64,000 nt of DNA. It comes from Kiritimatiellia bacterium (GTDB lineage: Bacteria; Verrucomicrobiota; Kiritimatiellia; RFP12; UBA3636). This document shows positions 1 to 9,075 of this stretch, one piece after another. The position numbers and the translations under genes were made by a program. Below the pieces are notes generated by a model. The model made no database searches. It was not told the origin of the DNA and worked only from the letters and a program-made list of their open reading frames with translations. Each line of letters opens with the position of its first letter. Positions within the stretch are counted from its first letter, which is position 1. The stretch covers positions 35,587 to 99,586 of the forward strand of contig JAZNPC010000088.1 in assembly GCA_045589455.1 (NCBI GenBank), written 5' to 3'.

Positions 1-1
1 T

Positions 2-376
2 TTCCGACAAAATGAATTATCCCATTTGATGGAAAATGTAATATATAATGAGCTACGGCGTCGTGGTTATTCTGTTGATGTAGGTATTGTAGAAAAGGTA
101 AGCACAATAAATAACAAAAAGGCTCGCACGTACTACGAAATAGATTTTATAGCTACTCGAGCAAACGAAAAAATTTATATACAATCTGCATTTAACATCC
201 CTGATAATGAAAAGAGAGAGCAGGAGACTAATTCTTTGCGTCAAATAAATGATGGATTTCGTAAAATAGTAATTACAGGTGATGCTTATGAAAAAACATG
301 GCGTGATGAGAATGGCATTATCTTTATGGGTATAAAGGCATTTCTTTTAAACACAAAGTCTTTGGATGTGCTATAG
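2..376 (+). CDS. C-terminal fragment of an AAA-family ATPase (DUF4143-like C-terminal domain); the 5' end lies beyond the window
   Basis: Open frame runs to position 2 with no upstream stop. The ORF track starts at a TTG at position 26. The residues ...GFRKIVITGDAYEK resemble the C-terminal domain of COG1373-type ATPases. Confidence 0.45.
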   Translation, partial: FRQNELSHLMENVIYNELRRRGYSVDVGIVEKVSTINNKKARTYYEIDFIATRANEKIYIQSAFNIPDNEKREQETNSLRQINDGFRKIVITGDAYEKTWRDENGIIFMGIKAFLLNTKSLDVL

Positions 377-475
377 CTCTTGCTTGCAATAGACAAGACA
401 AAGCTCATTCCACTAGTATTTTTTCTGCGTCATGTCTCTGCGTCCTCCGCGTCATTTGCGTCCCTTGTGTCCCTT

Positions 476-715
476 ATTTCGCACTTATTGCTTTCGCCTA
501 ACACGGAGTACGGAGGACAAGGGAGAATTGTGCCAACAACCATTACAACTCCCCAGAATACTCTCCGTGTCTCCGAGCCTCTTTTTCCTCCGTGTTTCGC
601 CGAAGGCTCAAGCGAGAGCGATTAAATCGTTTCACTCGTTGCTTACGCCTAACACGGACACACATAGTGTGATTTTTACGGAGGACAAGGGAGAATTATG
701 CAAACAATCACCTTG
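476..715. repeat. Family A structured repeat, locus 1 (about 1.5 units; the second unit is interrupted by a ~20-bp insertion)
   Basis: The core ...ctccgtgtctccg...ccgtgtttcgccgaaggctcaagcgagagcgattaaatcgtttcactcgttgcttacgcctaacacgga... recurs at 26.9, 29.6-30.2, 31.6, 32.2 and 51.5 kb. Its ends are inverted: cctccgtgtt / aacacggagtacggagg. Confidence 0.8.
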
Positions 716-780
716 AGAGAACTACGAGGCTAAGTTTTCCCATAAATTTTGCACTTCTATCTTGTTTTTACGTTAGATTT

Positions 781-2064
781 ATGACATATTATCCACTATT
801 GAGAAAACACAACTTTGATTGGGATTTTATGAATAATTTTGACCAGATAATTTCAAGCATTGAAAAATATCTTTGGGGAAAGCTTTATTGCGAGAAAACC
901 AGTCTCTTTTACGATAGAATTTGTAAAGGAGACGACCGCTTTGCTGAGCTTCCCACACCAGAAGAAATTTCAAAGCAATTCCCCAATCCTTGCGGGTGGA
1001 GCACTGGCATGGAGGACTGCTCAATAAATGCTGGTCACATACTAGAAATTCTCTCCCTCCAACATACTGTTTCTTACGAAAATATTTCCACAAAAGCCGA
1101 ATGCGTAATCAAGGGGATACATTTATGCCAATCCGTGCATGGCAAGCTAGGATTCCTTGTTCGTGGTGTTTCCCCATTTGACAAAAAGAGCTGCTATTTC
1201 AATAGCTCACGCGATCAAATAACAATGGTTGTCGGAGGCTTATTTGACATCTACAATGGAGTACCAACCCTACCAGCCAATCAACAAGAGCAAATTAAGG
1301 AAATTCTATTCAACATTGCCACATATACAAAGCACACTGTAACAAAAGAAAACAATTATAGCTATCTAAGACTTGATGGAGGCAAAGCAGTTGTTTCTGA
1401 TTTATGGAATTGCGATGTACACGAAATGCTACGCCTCCCGATGATTTATGCAGTAGCAGGAGAAATCTGCAAATGCGAAGAGTTTTCTCTCCTTGCTTTG
1501 AGCTATATGGAAGAAGGATTAAAGGCATCTGAAGCATTCGATAAAGAAAAATACTTTTGGGATTTTCCTCTTGTGCAAATGCAGCTTTCTCTTCATATCC
1601 TTTTGCATTGCCCTACTCTCAAAGCATACCATAAGCGCATAGAAAAGCTTATGACGAATGTAGCATTTACAGCGAAGAGAGAATTTTTAAATGTATTAGA
1701 ACGCTGCGAAGCCTATACTGGCGATTGGAATGCGTATTGCAACAATTGGAGAACTTTACCTATGTATGTCACTCCAGCAACGATTGCCGAGAATCCGTAT
1801 AACACTGTCTTTGATGGCTATACCTATCTAAATCCTGCCTACAATAAGGATTTTGCAATTATTGTTGAGTATTTGCGTTCTATCGGTAATTATTTGGTAG
1901 CTACGATGCTTGCACCAGAAACAAGCCTTGACCAAGCAAACATAAATCGCCTTACAGGCTTTCTCTCTAAGCTTAATTTTTCAAAATGTACACACGCTGG
2001 TCCATTCTCGCTCTTACATGGTCTATTACTATTGTGTAAGAGCACACAAAAACAACAATCGTAA
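781..2064 (+). CDS. Hypothetical protein (427 aa)
   Basis: Long ORF with a coding-like composition. I recognise no confident family. Confidence 0.55.
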   Translation: MTYYPLLRKHNFDWDFMNNFDQIISSIEKYLWGKLYCEKTSLFYDRICKGDDRFAELPTPEEISKQFPNPCGWSTGMEDCSINAGHILEILSLQHTVSYENISTKAECVIKGIHLCQSVHGKLGFLVRGVSPFDKKSCYFNSSRDQITMVVGGLFDIYNGVPTLPANQQEQIKEILFNIATYTKHTVTKENNYSYLRLDGGKAVVSDLWNCDVHEMLRLPMIYAVAGEICKCEEFSLLALSYMEEGLKASEAFDKEKYFWDFPLVQMQLSLHILLHCPTLKAYHKRIEKLMTNVAFTAKREFLNVLERCEAYTGDWNAYCNNWRTLPMYVTPATIAENPYNTVFDGYTYLNPAYNKDFAIIVEYLRSIGNYLVATMLAPETSLDQANINRLTGFLSKLNFSKCTHAGPFSLLHGLLLLCKSTQKQQS

Positions 2065-2106
2065 AACTATTTTGCCCGCAGCTTAAGCATGCGGGCAAAA
2101 AGATGG
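1976..2106. repeat. 131-bp direct repeat, copy 1 (covers the 3' end of the 427-aa ORF and a hairpin)
   Basis: Near-identical to 3585-3715: atttttcaaaatgtacacacgctggtccattctcgctcttacatgg...ttttgcccgca.ttaag.atgcgggcaaaaa.atgg. Confidence 0.85.
2075..2097. terminator. GC hairpin (gcccgcagcttaagcatgcgggc) between convergent genes, flanked by a T-run and an A-run; possible bidirectional terminator
   Basis: Perfect 7-bp stem with a 9-nt loop, preceded by tttt and followed by aaaaa. There is no U-run after the hairpin on either strand, so it is not a canonical terminator. Confidence 0.3.
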
Positions 2107-2140
2107 CAGATAACCCCTGTTCCTATACAATGCACCACTT

Positions 2141-2212
2141 TTGAGGGGCATGGCGCATCCATTCCCTTAATAGCCCTGTGCTTTTAAGGGAATAGTGCAA
2201 TTTTAAGGGGAT
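2141..2212. promoter_or_regulatory. Cluster of four T(T/G)AGGG(G/A)(A/C)AT motifs immediately 3' of fic
   Basis: The motif occurs as ttgaggggcat, attcccttaa (inverted), ttttaagggaat and ttttaaggggat within 70 bp. Confidence 0.4.
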
Positions 2213-2215
2213 TTA

Positions 2216-3262
2216 TCACTTGAGCCTGAAATAGGTGGTATTTTTGCCGTTGCCCTCACGCACAAGCTCCCCCTCGGCAACGAGCTTCCGAAGTGCGCCT
2301 TCTACCGAGCTGATACTGAGGGACGGACAAAGCTCCATGACGTCCTGCTTCTTGAAGCGACCGACCTTATTCATCGTGGCGCGTCTCACCATTTCAAGAG
2401 AGGAAAGCTTGGTTTCCACAAGTGCAAAGCGGTCTTCAAAATCACGGTACGCGGAAAGGATTGTACCAAGCAGATATTTGATGAATGGTACGGTATCCGC
2501 TTCTCCCTCGTGCCAGCGTTGCTGCGACTGCCCCAGGGCATCGTAATACAGATCTTTGTTCTTTGCAATCTTGGCTTCCAAGGAGATATACTTCCCAACG
2601 TAGAATCCGTTTCGGTAAAGGAGGAGCATGGTGAGCAGACGGCTCATTCTGCCGTTGCCATCATTGAACGGATGGATGCAAAGAAAATCGTGTATAAAGG
2701 TAGGAATGGCAATGAGAGGCTCAAGCTCCATATTGCCGATCACACGGTTATATTCGTTACAAATGGCTTCAAGTGCCTCTGGTGTCTCAAAGGGGTCGAG
2801 AGGTGTAAACAGCGTTTCAGTATGTCCGTCGGGATAGGTTGCGCTGATATAATTCTGTACGCTCTTGGTTCTGCCCGCCACGGGATTGTTCATATGGCTG
2901 TAGAGGATCTTGTGAAGATGAAGGATATAGTTCGGTGTCAATGGGATGGCATCAAAGCTTTCGTGAATGATATTCAAAACGTCTCGGTACCCGGCAATCT
3001 CCTGCTCATCGCGGTTTCTCGGTGTGGTCTTCTCACCCATCAGCTGACGAATACGGGTGCTCGTGGTCACGATGCCCTCAATGGCGTTGGACGCTTCGGT
3101 GCTTTGTACCTTTGCAATCTCAACAAGCTTTTCAAGCTCATCAGGGCGTTGCTTCAAATATAATTCTTGTTTTCCGGCTTCCTTGTAAATTGCGGCAATC
3201 AAGCCGAGCAACTCGGAATCCCATTTGTTTTCACTGATTTTCGTGTAATTAAAGGTTCTCAT
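2216..3262 (-). CDS. fic: Fic family protein (AMPylation / Fido domain) with a C-terminal winged-helix domain
   Basis: Canonical HPFNDGNGRMSRLL Fic motif. The start was chosen at the internal ATG because it is preceded by GGAGGTGATAAAATG, a strong Shine-Dalgarno sequence. The ORF-track start at 3301 is probably too far upstream. Confidence 0.85.
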   Translation of the reverse strand: MRTFNYTKISENKWDSELLGLIAAIYKEAGKQELYLKQRPDELEKLVEIAKVQSTEASNAIEGIVTTSTRIRQLMGEKTTPRNRDEQEIAGYRDVLNIIHESFDAIPLTPNYILHLHKILYSHMNNPVAGRTKSVQNYISATYPDGHTETLFTPLDPFETPEALEAICNEYNRVIGNMELEPLIAIPTFIHDFLCIHPFNDGNGRMSRLLTMLLLYRNGFYVGKYISLEAKIAKNKDLYYDALGQSQQRWHEGEADTVPFIKYLLGTILSAYRDFEDRFALVETKLSSLEMVRRATMNKVGRFKKQDVMELCPSLSISSVEGALRKLVAEGELVREGNGKNTTYFRLK

Positions 3263-3279
3263 TTTATCACCTCCAAACA

Positions 3280-3425
3280 ATTCCCTTAAATTATAGCACA
3301 AATCAAGGGGATCGTCAACATCTCAAGGGAACATTCCCTTATTATTTTACTCAAATTAAGGGAATTTATTCATTATTGAGGGAATAATACGATAGTATCA
3401 TATTTTAGCGTTAAGGGGAATTCTC
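3280..3425. promoter_or_regulatory. Array of six or more TTAAGGG(G/A)AT-type motifs in the fic upstream region, including the palindrome gggaacattccc
   Basis: Copies are attcccttaaatt, caaggggat, tcaagggaacattccctta, aattaagggaattt, attgagggaat and gttaaggggaattc. Together with the downstream cluster, about 10 copies lie within 1.3 kb. Confidence 0.45.
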
Positions 3426-3584
3426 TACAAAGGACAATGGGGACAGAACAGACAAACGGCAAGGCTGCCCCTGCCGTCTGTGGTATAAGGTTGTTTATTG
3501 CCGTTCCAGTTCGGTGAAGACCTCAATGGCAATCCGCATCCCAAGCCGACACCGGTCGCTTCATAAGCCTGTTCTCAAGAATAG

Positions 3585-3715
3585 ATTTTTCAAAATGTAC
3601 ACACGCTGGTCCATTCTCGCTCTTACATGGTCTATTACTATTGTGTAAGAGCTCACAAAAACAACAATCGTAAAACTATTTTGCCCGCAAATTAAGTATG
3701 CGGGCAAAAAAATGG
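3585..3715. repeat. 131-bp direct repeat, copy 2; its last 3 nt overlap the CCA end of tRNA-Pro
   Basis: See copy 1. This copy carries the relic 3' end of an ORF, although no gene lies upstream of it. Confidence 0.85.
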
Positions 3716-3789
3716 TCGGAGAGGCGGGATTCGAACCCACGACAGCCAGTTCCCAAAACTGGTGCGCTACCAGACTGCGCTACTCTCCG
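3713..3789 (-). tRNA. tRNA-Pro (anticodon TGG)
   Basis: The reverse complement is CGGAGAGTAGCGCAGTCTGGTAGCGCACCAGTTTTGGGAACTGGCTGTCGTGGGTTCGAATCCCGCCTCTCCGACCA. It has a 7-bp acceptor stem, a TTTGGGA anticodon loop, a GTTCGAATC T-loop and an encoded CCA. Confidence 0.9.
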
Positions 3790-3958
3790 ACGTACTTTCT
3801 AAACTTGTTGTTTAAAAATATGTGCATAATGATATCGCATTTTGAAACCAAAATCAAGCACAAAATTTAAAATTTTTATTTTTTTAACTTAAATGCGATA
3901 AAATCCACTCTAGATATTGGTTGTTGTATTATATATGGATTTCGACAAATGCAATGTT

Positions 3959-4993
3959 TTATAGCAAAATATCCCTTAATTGTGTTTGAAGTTCCTCTAA
4001 AGATGGCAATCCTAATCTATAAGTTGATATTCCTAACGGCTTATCAAAATCTGATAAAGAATATTCTGCAACTATATCATTTCGGGATTTACACAAAAGT
4101 ATTCCTATTGTTTTGCTATCTATCTCTGTTTTTACTTGCCTATCAATGGCTGTCATATAAAAACTTAATTGTCCTAAATCTTTTGGGTGAAATTTCCCTG
4201 TTTTTAATTCTATAACAATATAACGATGTAATACCACATGGTAAAAAAGAAGATCTATTTCAAACTCATCTCCACCAACCTTGAGTCGCCACCCCTTGCC
4301 CACATACGAAAACCCAGCACCAAGCTCTACCATAAACTGAGCAACTCTATCTACAAGCAATGTTCTTAGTCTATTTTCTGTTATGTTTCCGCTTGTAGGA
4401 AGAAAACCTAAATCATATTCTCCCCTTAATGCTTGATTCGCCATATCTAAATCCATAGGAGGCATAACATTTTTAAAATTATTTATTGCTTTACCTTGCT
4501 GTTTTGCTGCACAAAGTCCTATTTGATGCACCAAGACATTTCGAGACCACCCATTCTCTATGGATAATGCCGCGTAAGCTAGTCGATCTCCTCGCGATTT
4601 TAAATTCTCTAATAAGGCTATGTGATGATACCAAGGTAATTGTGCAAGTGGTGCTTGCACAATTTCATTCCGAGTCCAAGTCTCAGCAAAGCTACGCATA
4701 TATTTTAAATTGCGTGTCGACCAGCCACTCATATCAGGGAACACTTTTTTCAAATCGAATGACATTCGCTCTACAACCTTTGTACCCCACCCTTCTAAAT
4801 TCTGTTTCTCAATGATATCATTACCGATATCCCAATACAGCAATGTTAATTCAGAATTAACTAACATGCACGCTTTTATACGAGCAGATTGTATTCGTTT
4901 TTTGATTGAACAAATCCAAATATCGTACTCATCAGTTTTTAAAATTTCTTGAACAGAATTTTTATTAGTTTTTTTCATGCAACTCTCACACAT
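3959..4993 (-). CDS. YhcG / DUF1016-family predicted nuclease (PD-(D/E)xK restriction-endonuclease-like fold)
   Basis: Similar over its length to DUF1016 proteins (...LPWYHHIALL...GFSYVGKGWRLKVGGDEFEIDLLFYH...). A GAGGA Shine-Dalgarno precedes the ATG. Confidence 0.6.
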   Translation of the reverse strand: MCESCMKKTNKNSVQEILKTDEYDIWICSIKKRIQSARIKACMLVNSELTLLYWDIGNDIIEKQNLEGWGTKVVERMSFDLKKVFPDMSGWSTRNLKYMRSFAETWTRNEIVQAPLAQLPWYHHIALLENLKSRGDRLAYAALSIENGWSRNVLVHQIGLCAAKQQGKAINNFKNVMPPMDLDMANQALRGEYDLGFLPTSGNITENRLRTLLVDRVAQFMVELGAGFSYVGKGWRLKVGGDEFEIDLLFYHVVLHRYIVIELKTGKFHPKDLGQLSFYMTAIDRQVKTEIDSKTIGILLCKSRNDIVAEYSLSDFDKPLGISTYRLGLPSLEELQTQLRDILL

Positions 4994-5174
4994 TTATTCA
5001 TCCTCTATAAGCAAAACTAACTTACCATTTTAAGTAATCTACCTCATATTATATCATTTATTAAATAATAATCAAACAAATAAATTAAATAATAATTTAT
5101 TCTAGACGCATCTAAGTTATCTACACAACTAGAGTTCTAAATGTTGATTGCTAATTATTGTATTGTTCCCATTA

Positions 5175-5352
5175 CTCTCCATGCTCTAATTACTTTGCAA
5201 GCATACACACTTGCGCTTGGAAGTTGCCTTTGCGACAACGAGAGCATAAGAATGTAACGACAAGCGATAGTGTTTTTGCCGTCGCAACCACCAAACAAGC
5301 CATCACAAGAGCCCTGCGCCCCTGCAACCCCAGCATCTCCCTGACCTCCGTA
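5175..5352. repeat. Family B structured repeat, copy 1 (divergent)
   Basis: Shares cacacttgcgcttggaagttgc...ccatcaca.gagcc.tgcgccc...tccctgacctccgtag with 23583-23878 and 49793-50045. An internal stem differs from the other copies in a compensatory way (gcgac/gtcgc here, attattgc/gcaataat there). Confidence 0.7.
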
Positions 5353-5411
5353 GTTTTTTTTAAAAACGTAGGAGATTGTGGCCCTTTTCGCGCTTTCATA
5401 TCACACAAGAT

Positions 5412-6740
5412 TTACTTGTGGAATTGCTTTATTGATGCTAGGGATAGGATTAGGGCGATAACGCCACCCATGATTGGTAAAAGCTTTGGCAATACTGGGA
5501 AAAGCGCTGAAGCAAGACCACATGCGCCACCAAGAACTACGGCAGAAAGCCAAAGCTTCTGGTTTATTTTACCTTTATTGTAGGCAAATAATGCAACCGC
5601 TAATGGGATTGCTATGCCAGGCGTATAGATGCTATATGATAAAAGCAATAGCTCAATTATTCCATAATCTAAAAATGCAAGGAGCATCGCTACTATACCT
5701 ATTACAAATACAGAAGTACGGATAGAGCGGACACTGCCACAACCAAGAATATCGCGATCTACAATTACAGCACAATTGATTAGGCATGTATTAGCAGATG
5801 AAAGCAAAACTGAAATTAATCCAAGCGAGAAAAGAAGCTTTATTGGTAAAGGAAGCAATGTACTAATGTGAATTATTGGGTTATCCACTGACTTTGGATA
5901 ATTTGCAGCATCCCATAATCCCATATATGTAATTACAACTCCAAACACCAAAAGCGAAATTGCAGCAAGCACAGTGGCAAGCTTTGCCACTTTAGATGAA
6001 CGTGCAATGAAGCTACGCGAGACTATATCGGGGCCCAAAAAGAATGCACCACCCGCTGCAAACAGCATTAGTGCGAGCTCTTGCCAGCCAAATTTTGCAT
6101 TTAACAATTCGACTTGTGGCAGCGTGGTTGGTGCTTGTGAAGGCACTGGGACACTGCCACAAACTAAAGCAAATGCTGCTGCAGAAAATGCGGCAGCAAT
6201 TATAAGGGTTTGCAGCTTATCTGTGCGAACCACGGAGAGCTGTCCACCACACATGGTATAACACACTGTTATTGCACCGGCAATAACAACACCCCACTCA
6301 CGTGAAAGCGATGAAAGAGAAAACAATTTTATAAATTCATATCCAATGTAAAATTGTGCCACGACAATTCCTATCCAAGCAATCCCTATTATTGTTGCCA
6401 CTACTCTCTTTGCTTTGGGAGAAACTAATTTTTCCGCAAGCTCTGGGAGAGAGCAAGGCTTGAAAACCGCAATGCGTGAGGTAAGAAATGCGGCTTGAAG
6501 CACTAAGCCTATTGCCCCACAAATAAGCCACCACATTGCTGGCCAACCAATTTTTGTGGCAGACTCTGCCACGCCAAGGGTTGCCGATGCACCAAGCATC
6601 GTAGCCAACAATGACGCATAGACACCCCAGACGCCTTGGTTGCGTCCAGCAACCACAAAATCAAGTGTGGTTGGTTTACGCATTAGATCACGGATACAAA
6701 TGAATCCAAGAATGGCGATGTAGATGAATAATAGTGTCAT
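5412..6740 (-). CDS. Sodium:solute symporter family transporter
   Basis: Multi-TM protein with the VAGRN motif near the N-terminus, which is typical of the SSF family. Confidence 0.6.
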   Translation of the reverse strand: MTLLFIYIAILGFICIRDLMRKPTTLDFVVAGRNQGVWGVYASLLATMLGASATLGVAESATKIGWPAMWWLICGAIGLVLQAAFLTSRIAVFKPCSLPELAEKLVSPKAKRVVATIIGIAWIGIVVAQFYIGYEFIKLFSLSSLSREWGVVIAGAITVCYTMCGGQLSVVRTDKLQTLIIAAAFSAAAFALVCGSVPVPSQAPTTLPQVELLNAKFGWQELALMLFAAGGAFFLGPDIVSRSFIARSSKVAKLATVLAAISLLVFGVVITYMGLWDAANYPKSVDNPIIHISTLLPLPIKLLFSLGLISVLLSSANTCLINCAVIVDRDILGCGSVRSIRTSVFVIGIVAMLLAFLDYGIIELLLLSYSIYTPGIAIPLAVALFAYNKGKINQKLWLSAVVLGGACGLASALFPVLPKLLPIMGGVIALILSLASIKQFHK

Positions 6741-6811
6741 GGTGATGAGGCTTGCGCCTAGGGCGCAAGGTACTGCAGCAATAATGCCGCAGCACGAAAC
6801 AATTTGTTGGT

Positions 6812-7678
6812 TTACTTGTTGTAGATAGCTGCAGCTTTGAAGGCTTCAAGGTCTGAGAAGGATGGGCCTTGAGCTGCTTGCTGTGCTGCAAGCTTGGTAG
6901 CTGCACGAGCAGCGGCTTGTTGCTCACGAGCTAAGGTTTCTTCGGCAATCCAGCTATCTATTAGCTTACGAGCAAGGGAATCCTTGCGAGGAAGCTCCGG
7001 CAAATTATCTATTGAGAAAAATTGTGCGTCTGTAAGCTCAGAATCAAGAAGAGAAATTTCACCATTAGCAGCCTCTGCTGTGAAGCCAAGCATTAAGCTA
7101 TTTGGATATGGCCAAATTTGGCTCCCAAAATATTTAAGACTCTTGAGCTTAAGACCGGTCTCTTCATAAGCCTCACGAATTGCGCACTCCTCAAGGCTCT
7201 CACCTAGCTCAACAAAGCCAGCGACAAGCCCATAAAATGTTCCTCTAAAATTCTTTGCACGAACAAGCAGTGCGCTCTTCTTGCGCTTAATCAAAATTAT
7301 TGCTGCTGGTGCAATGATTGTGTATTGAGGCTTACCGCATGAGCAGCAGCGCTTTCCTGAGAAGCCAGCTGGATCCATACGTCCCCCGCAGACTGGGCAA
7401 TGCTGGGAATTGAGATCCCATGCGACCTTTTCAGCTGCAGCAAGTGCTGGCTTATAAAGCTGCTCAGGAAGAAGCTCAAAGGCATCACGAACACCAACCA
7501 AAGAATCAAGCTTTTCTTCACAGCAAACTGCACGTGCTGGGATTCCATTAATTAAACCTAATCCAAAAACTATTTTGCCTGGAGCTGGTGCAACAGGACA
7601 ATACTCCTCACAAGGGAGCTCACCATTTGGCAAATATAATTTGCCATCACAAATAATATACCAATAAATCTTTTTCAT
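6812..7678 (-). CDS. nudC: NudC-like NUDIX hydrolase (NADH pyrophosphatase type) with a zinc ribbon
   Basis: CPVCGG...CCSCG zinc ribbon followed by the Nudix box GFVELGESLEECAIREAYEETG. It also has a C-terminal Ala/Gln-rich tail. Confidence 0.7.
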   Translation of the reverse strand: MKKIYWYIICDGKLYLPNGELPCEEYCPVAPAPGKIVFGLGLINGIPARAVCCEEKLDSLVGVRDAFELLPEQLYKPALAAAEKVAWDLNSQHCPVCGGRMDPAGFSGKRCCSCGKPQYTIIAPAAIILIKRKKSALLVRAKNFRGTFYGLVAGFVELGESLEECAIREAYEETGLKLKSLKYFGSQIWPYPNSLMLGFTAEAANGEISLLDSELTDAQFFSIDNLPELPRKDSLARKLIDSWIAEETLAREQQAAARAATKLAAQQAAQGPSFSDLEAFKAAAIYNK

Positions 7679-7818
7679 AGGCGCAAGATTGTAATAAAAT
7701 TAAGAAATTTTATCAACCATAGTTTTATCTTTAAAATAAACTCATTACGCCTAATACTTCAATAAAAAACATATAAAAACATTACTCATATAAATACGAT
7801 ATATGAGTTACCATGAAT

Positions 7819-8619
7819 TTATAAATTTTTCAAGGCCTTTGTTGTATCGTTTTTCTCAGGCAATTTACCATATATCCAACCACTAACACACTCAGGCAGT
7901 GTTCCCATAAACCATGACACAAAGCGCATCTGCCAAGGGAAGGCAATAATTCCTTTATTACGTATTATTCCACGATAAATCTTTTCTGCAGCCTTATCTG
8001 CCTCCATGAAAAATGGCATTGGACAAGTGTTGACATCTGTTATACGTGAGCGGACAAAGCCTGGGCAGATTACACTTACACCAATACCATCATTTGCAAG
8101 CATACCGCGCAAACCAGCACCCCACGCTTTTACACAAGATTTTGAAGCACTATAGGAAGGACATTGTGGAAGTCCATGATAACCAGCCATTGATGCTGTT
8201 ATTGCTATCTGCCCCTTGAATCCCGTAATCGGATTACGCTCTGCACGAGCAAGAAAACACTCAATTGCTGGAAGCACTGTATTTATCACACCACCTACAT
8301 TTATATCAAAGGTTCGAAAAACATTTTCACTAACATACTCTTCTCCTGTGGCCACTCCAGCATTAGCATAAACTAAATCTAATGGTTTTTCTTTATCACA
8401 AGCGGCAACCCACTCTGCCACAGCCACTCGATCTGTAACATTTAATTGTTTAATGGATACAGCTTTAGCTCCAAGTAATAGGCATTTTTCTTTTACAGCC
8501 TCTAATCGCTCTACATTTGTTCCACAAATAAATAGCTGTTCAACCCCCGTTGAAGAAAGCTTTAAGGCAACTGCTTCTCCTATACCACTTGAAGCTCCCG
8601 TAATTAAAACTGATTTCAT
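7819..8619 (-). CDS. Short-chain dehydrogenase/reductase (SDR) family oxidoreductase
   Basis: Cofactor-binding motif TGASSGIG and catalytic motif YSASKSCVK. Confidence 0.8.
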   Translation of the reverse strand: MKSVLITGASSGIGEAVALKLSSTGVEQLFICGTNVERLEAVKEKCLLLGAKAVSIKQLNVTDRVAVAEWVAACDKEKPLDLVYANAGVATGEEYVSENVFRTFDINVGGVINTVLPAIECFLARAERNPITGFKGQIAITASMAGYHGLPQCPSYSASKSCVKAWGAGLRGMLANDGIGVSVICPGFVRSRITDVNTCPMPFFMEADKAAEKIYRGIIRNKGIIAFPWQMRFVSWFMGTLPECVSGWIYGKLPEKNDTTKALKNL

Positions 8620-8714
8620 GTAAAGCCCTTTGTCTTGATATTGTTTTTTGAATAACCCACACAGCTATATAATTTGATACAAAAAGAGCGTGCAAATTTG
8701 CACGCTCATTCAAA

Positions 8715-8954
8715 TTATTGTGCTGGAGATGTTGGTGATTTGTGACGATAAATGATGCGTCCCTTTTCCAAATCATATGGAGACATCTCAAGGGTTACAA
8801 CATCACCTGTTGTAATCTTAATAAAGAATTTACGCATTTTACCAGAAATATGAGCCAAAACCTCATGTCCATTATCTAGACGCACTCTATACATAGTTGC
8901 AGGAAGAACCTTTACAACTGTACCTGTGACTTCAATTGAATCATCCTTTGCCAT
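8715..8954 (-). CDS. infA: Translation initiation factor IF-1
   Basis: [42 protein letters not shown]... closely matches IF-1. Confidence 0.9.
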   Translation of the reverse strand: MAKDDSIEVTGTVVKVLPATMYRVRLDNGHEVLAHISGKMRKFFIKITTGDVVTLEMSPYDLEKGRIIYRHKSPTSPAQ

Positions 8955-9075
8955 AAAAAACTAATAGCTCCTTATCTAATTTTTATAAAAATCAATTTTA
9001 TTATATCATTTAGCCTTAAAAACACCAAGCGTTTTTTTGTTTTCAAAAGAATTTTCGAAAAATTAACTATTATAT

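Noticed and set aside
380-716. ORF-track ORFs 380..625 and 432..716, and similarly 5158..5583, 23571..23807, 26740..27090, 30001..30186, 31365..31784, 31604..31807, 49793..50050 and 51464..51967
   Set aside because: All lie entirely within the repeat families A, B, C or D. Their 'proteins' are low-complexity translations of repeats (SPNTEYGGQ..., LRVSPKA...). The same frames recur wherever the repeat recurs, so these are non-coding.
2235-3237. Antisense or nested ORFs inside confidently assigned genes (for example 2510..3163 inside fic, 43767..44636 inside gyrA, 10615..10939 and 11201..11641 inside folC, 34370..34962 inside fucI)
   Set aside because: They lie on the opposite strand of conserved, recognisable genes and show biased, repetitive compositions. 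They are shadow ORFs.
1976-4993. Integrated prophage or integrative island at tRNA-Pro
   Set aside because: Direct repeats abutting the tRNA are present. However, the intervening 1.6 kb holds only fic, with the YhcG-like nuclease gene just beyond the tRNA. There is no integrase, excisionase or phage gene. It is reported as a possible decayed insertion, not as a mobile element.
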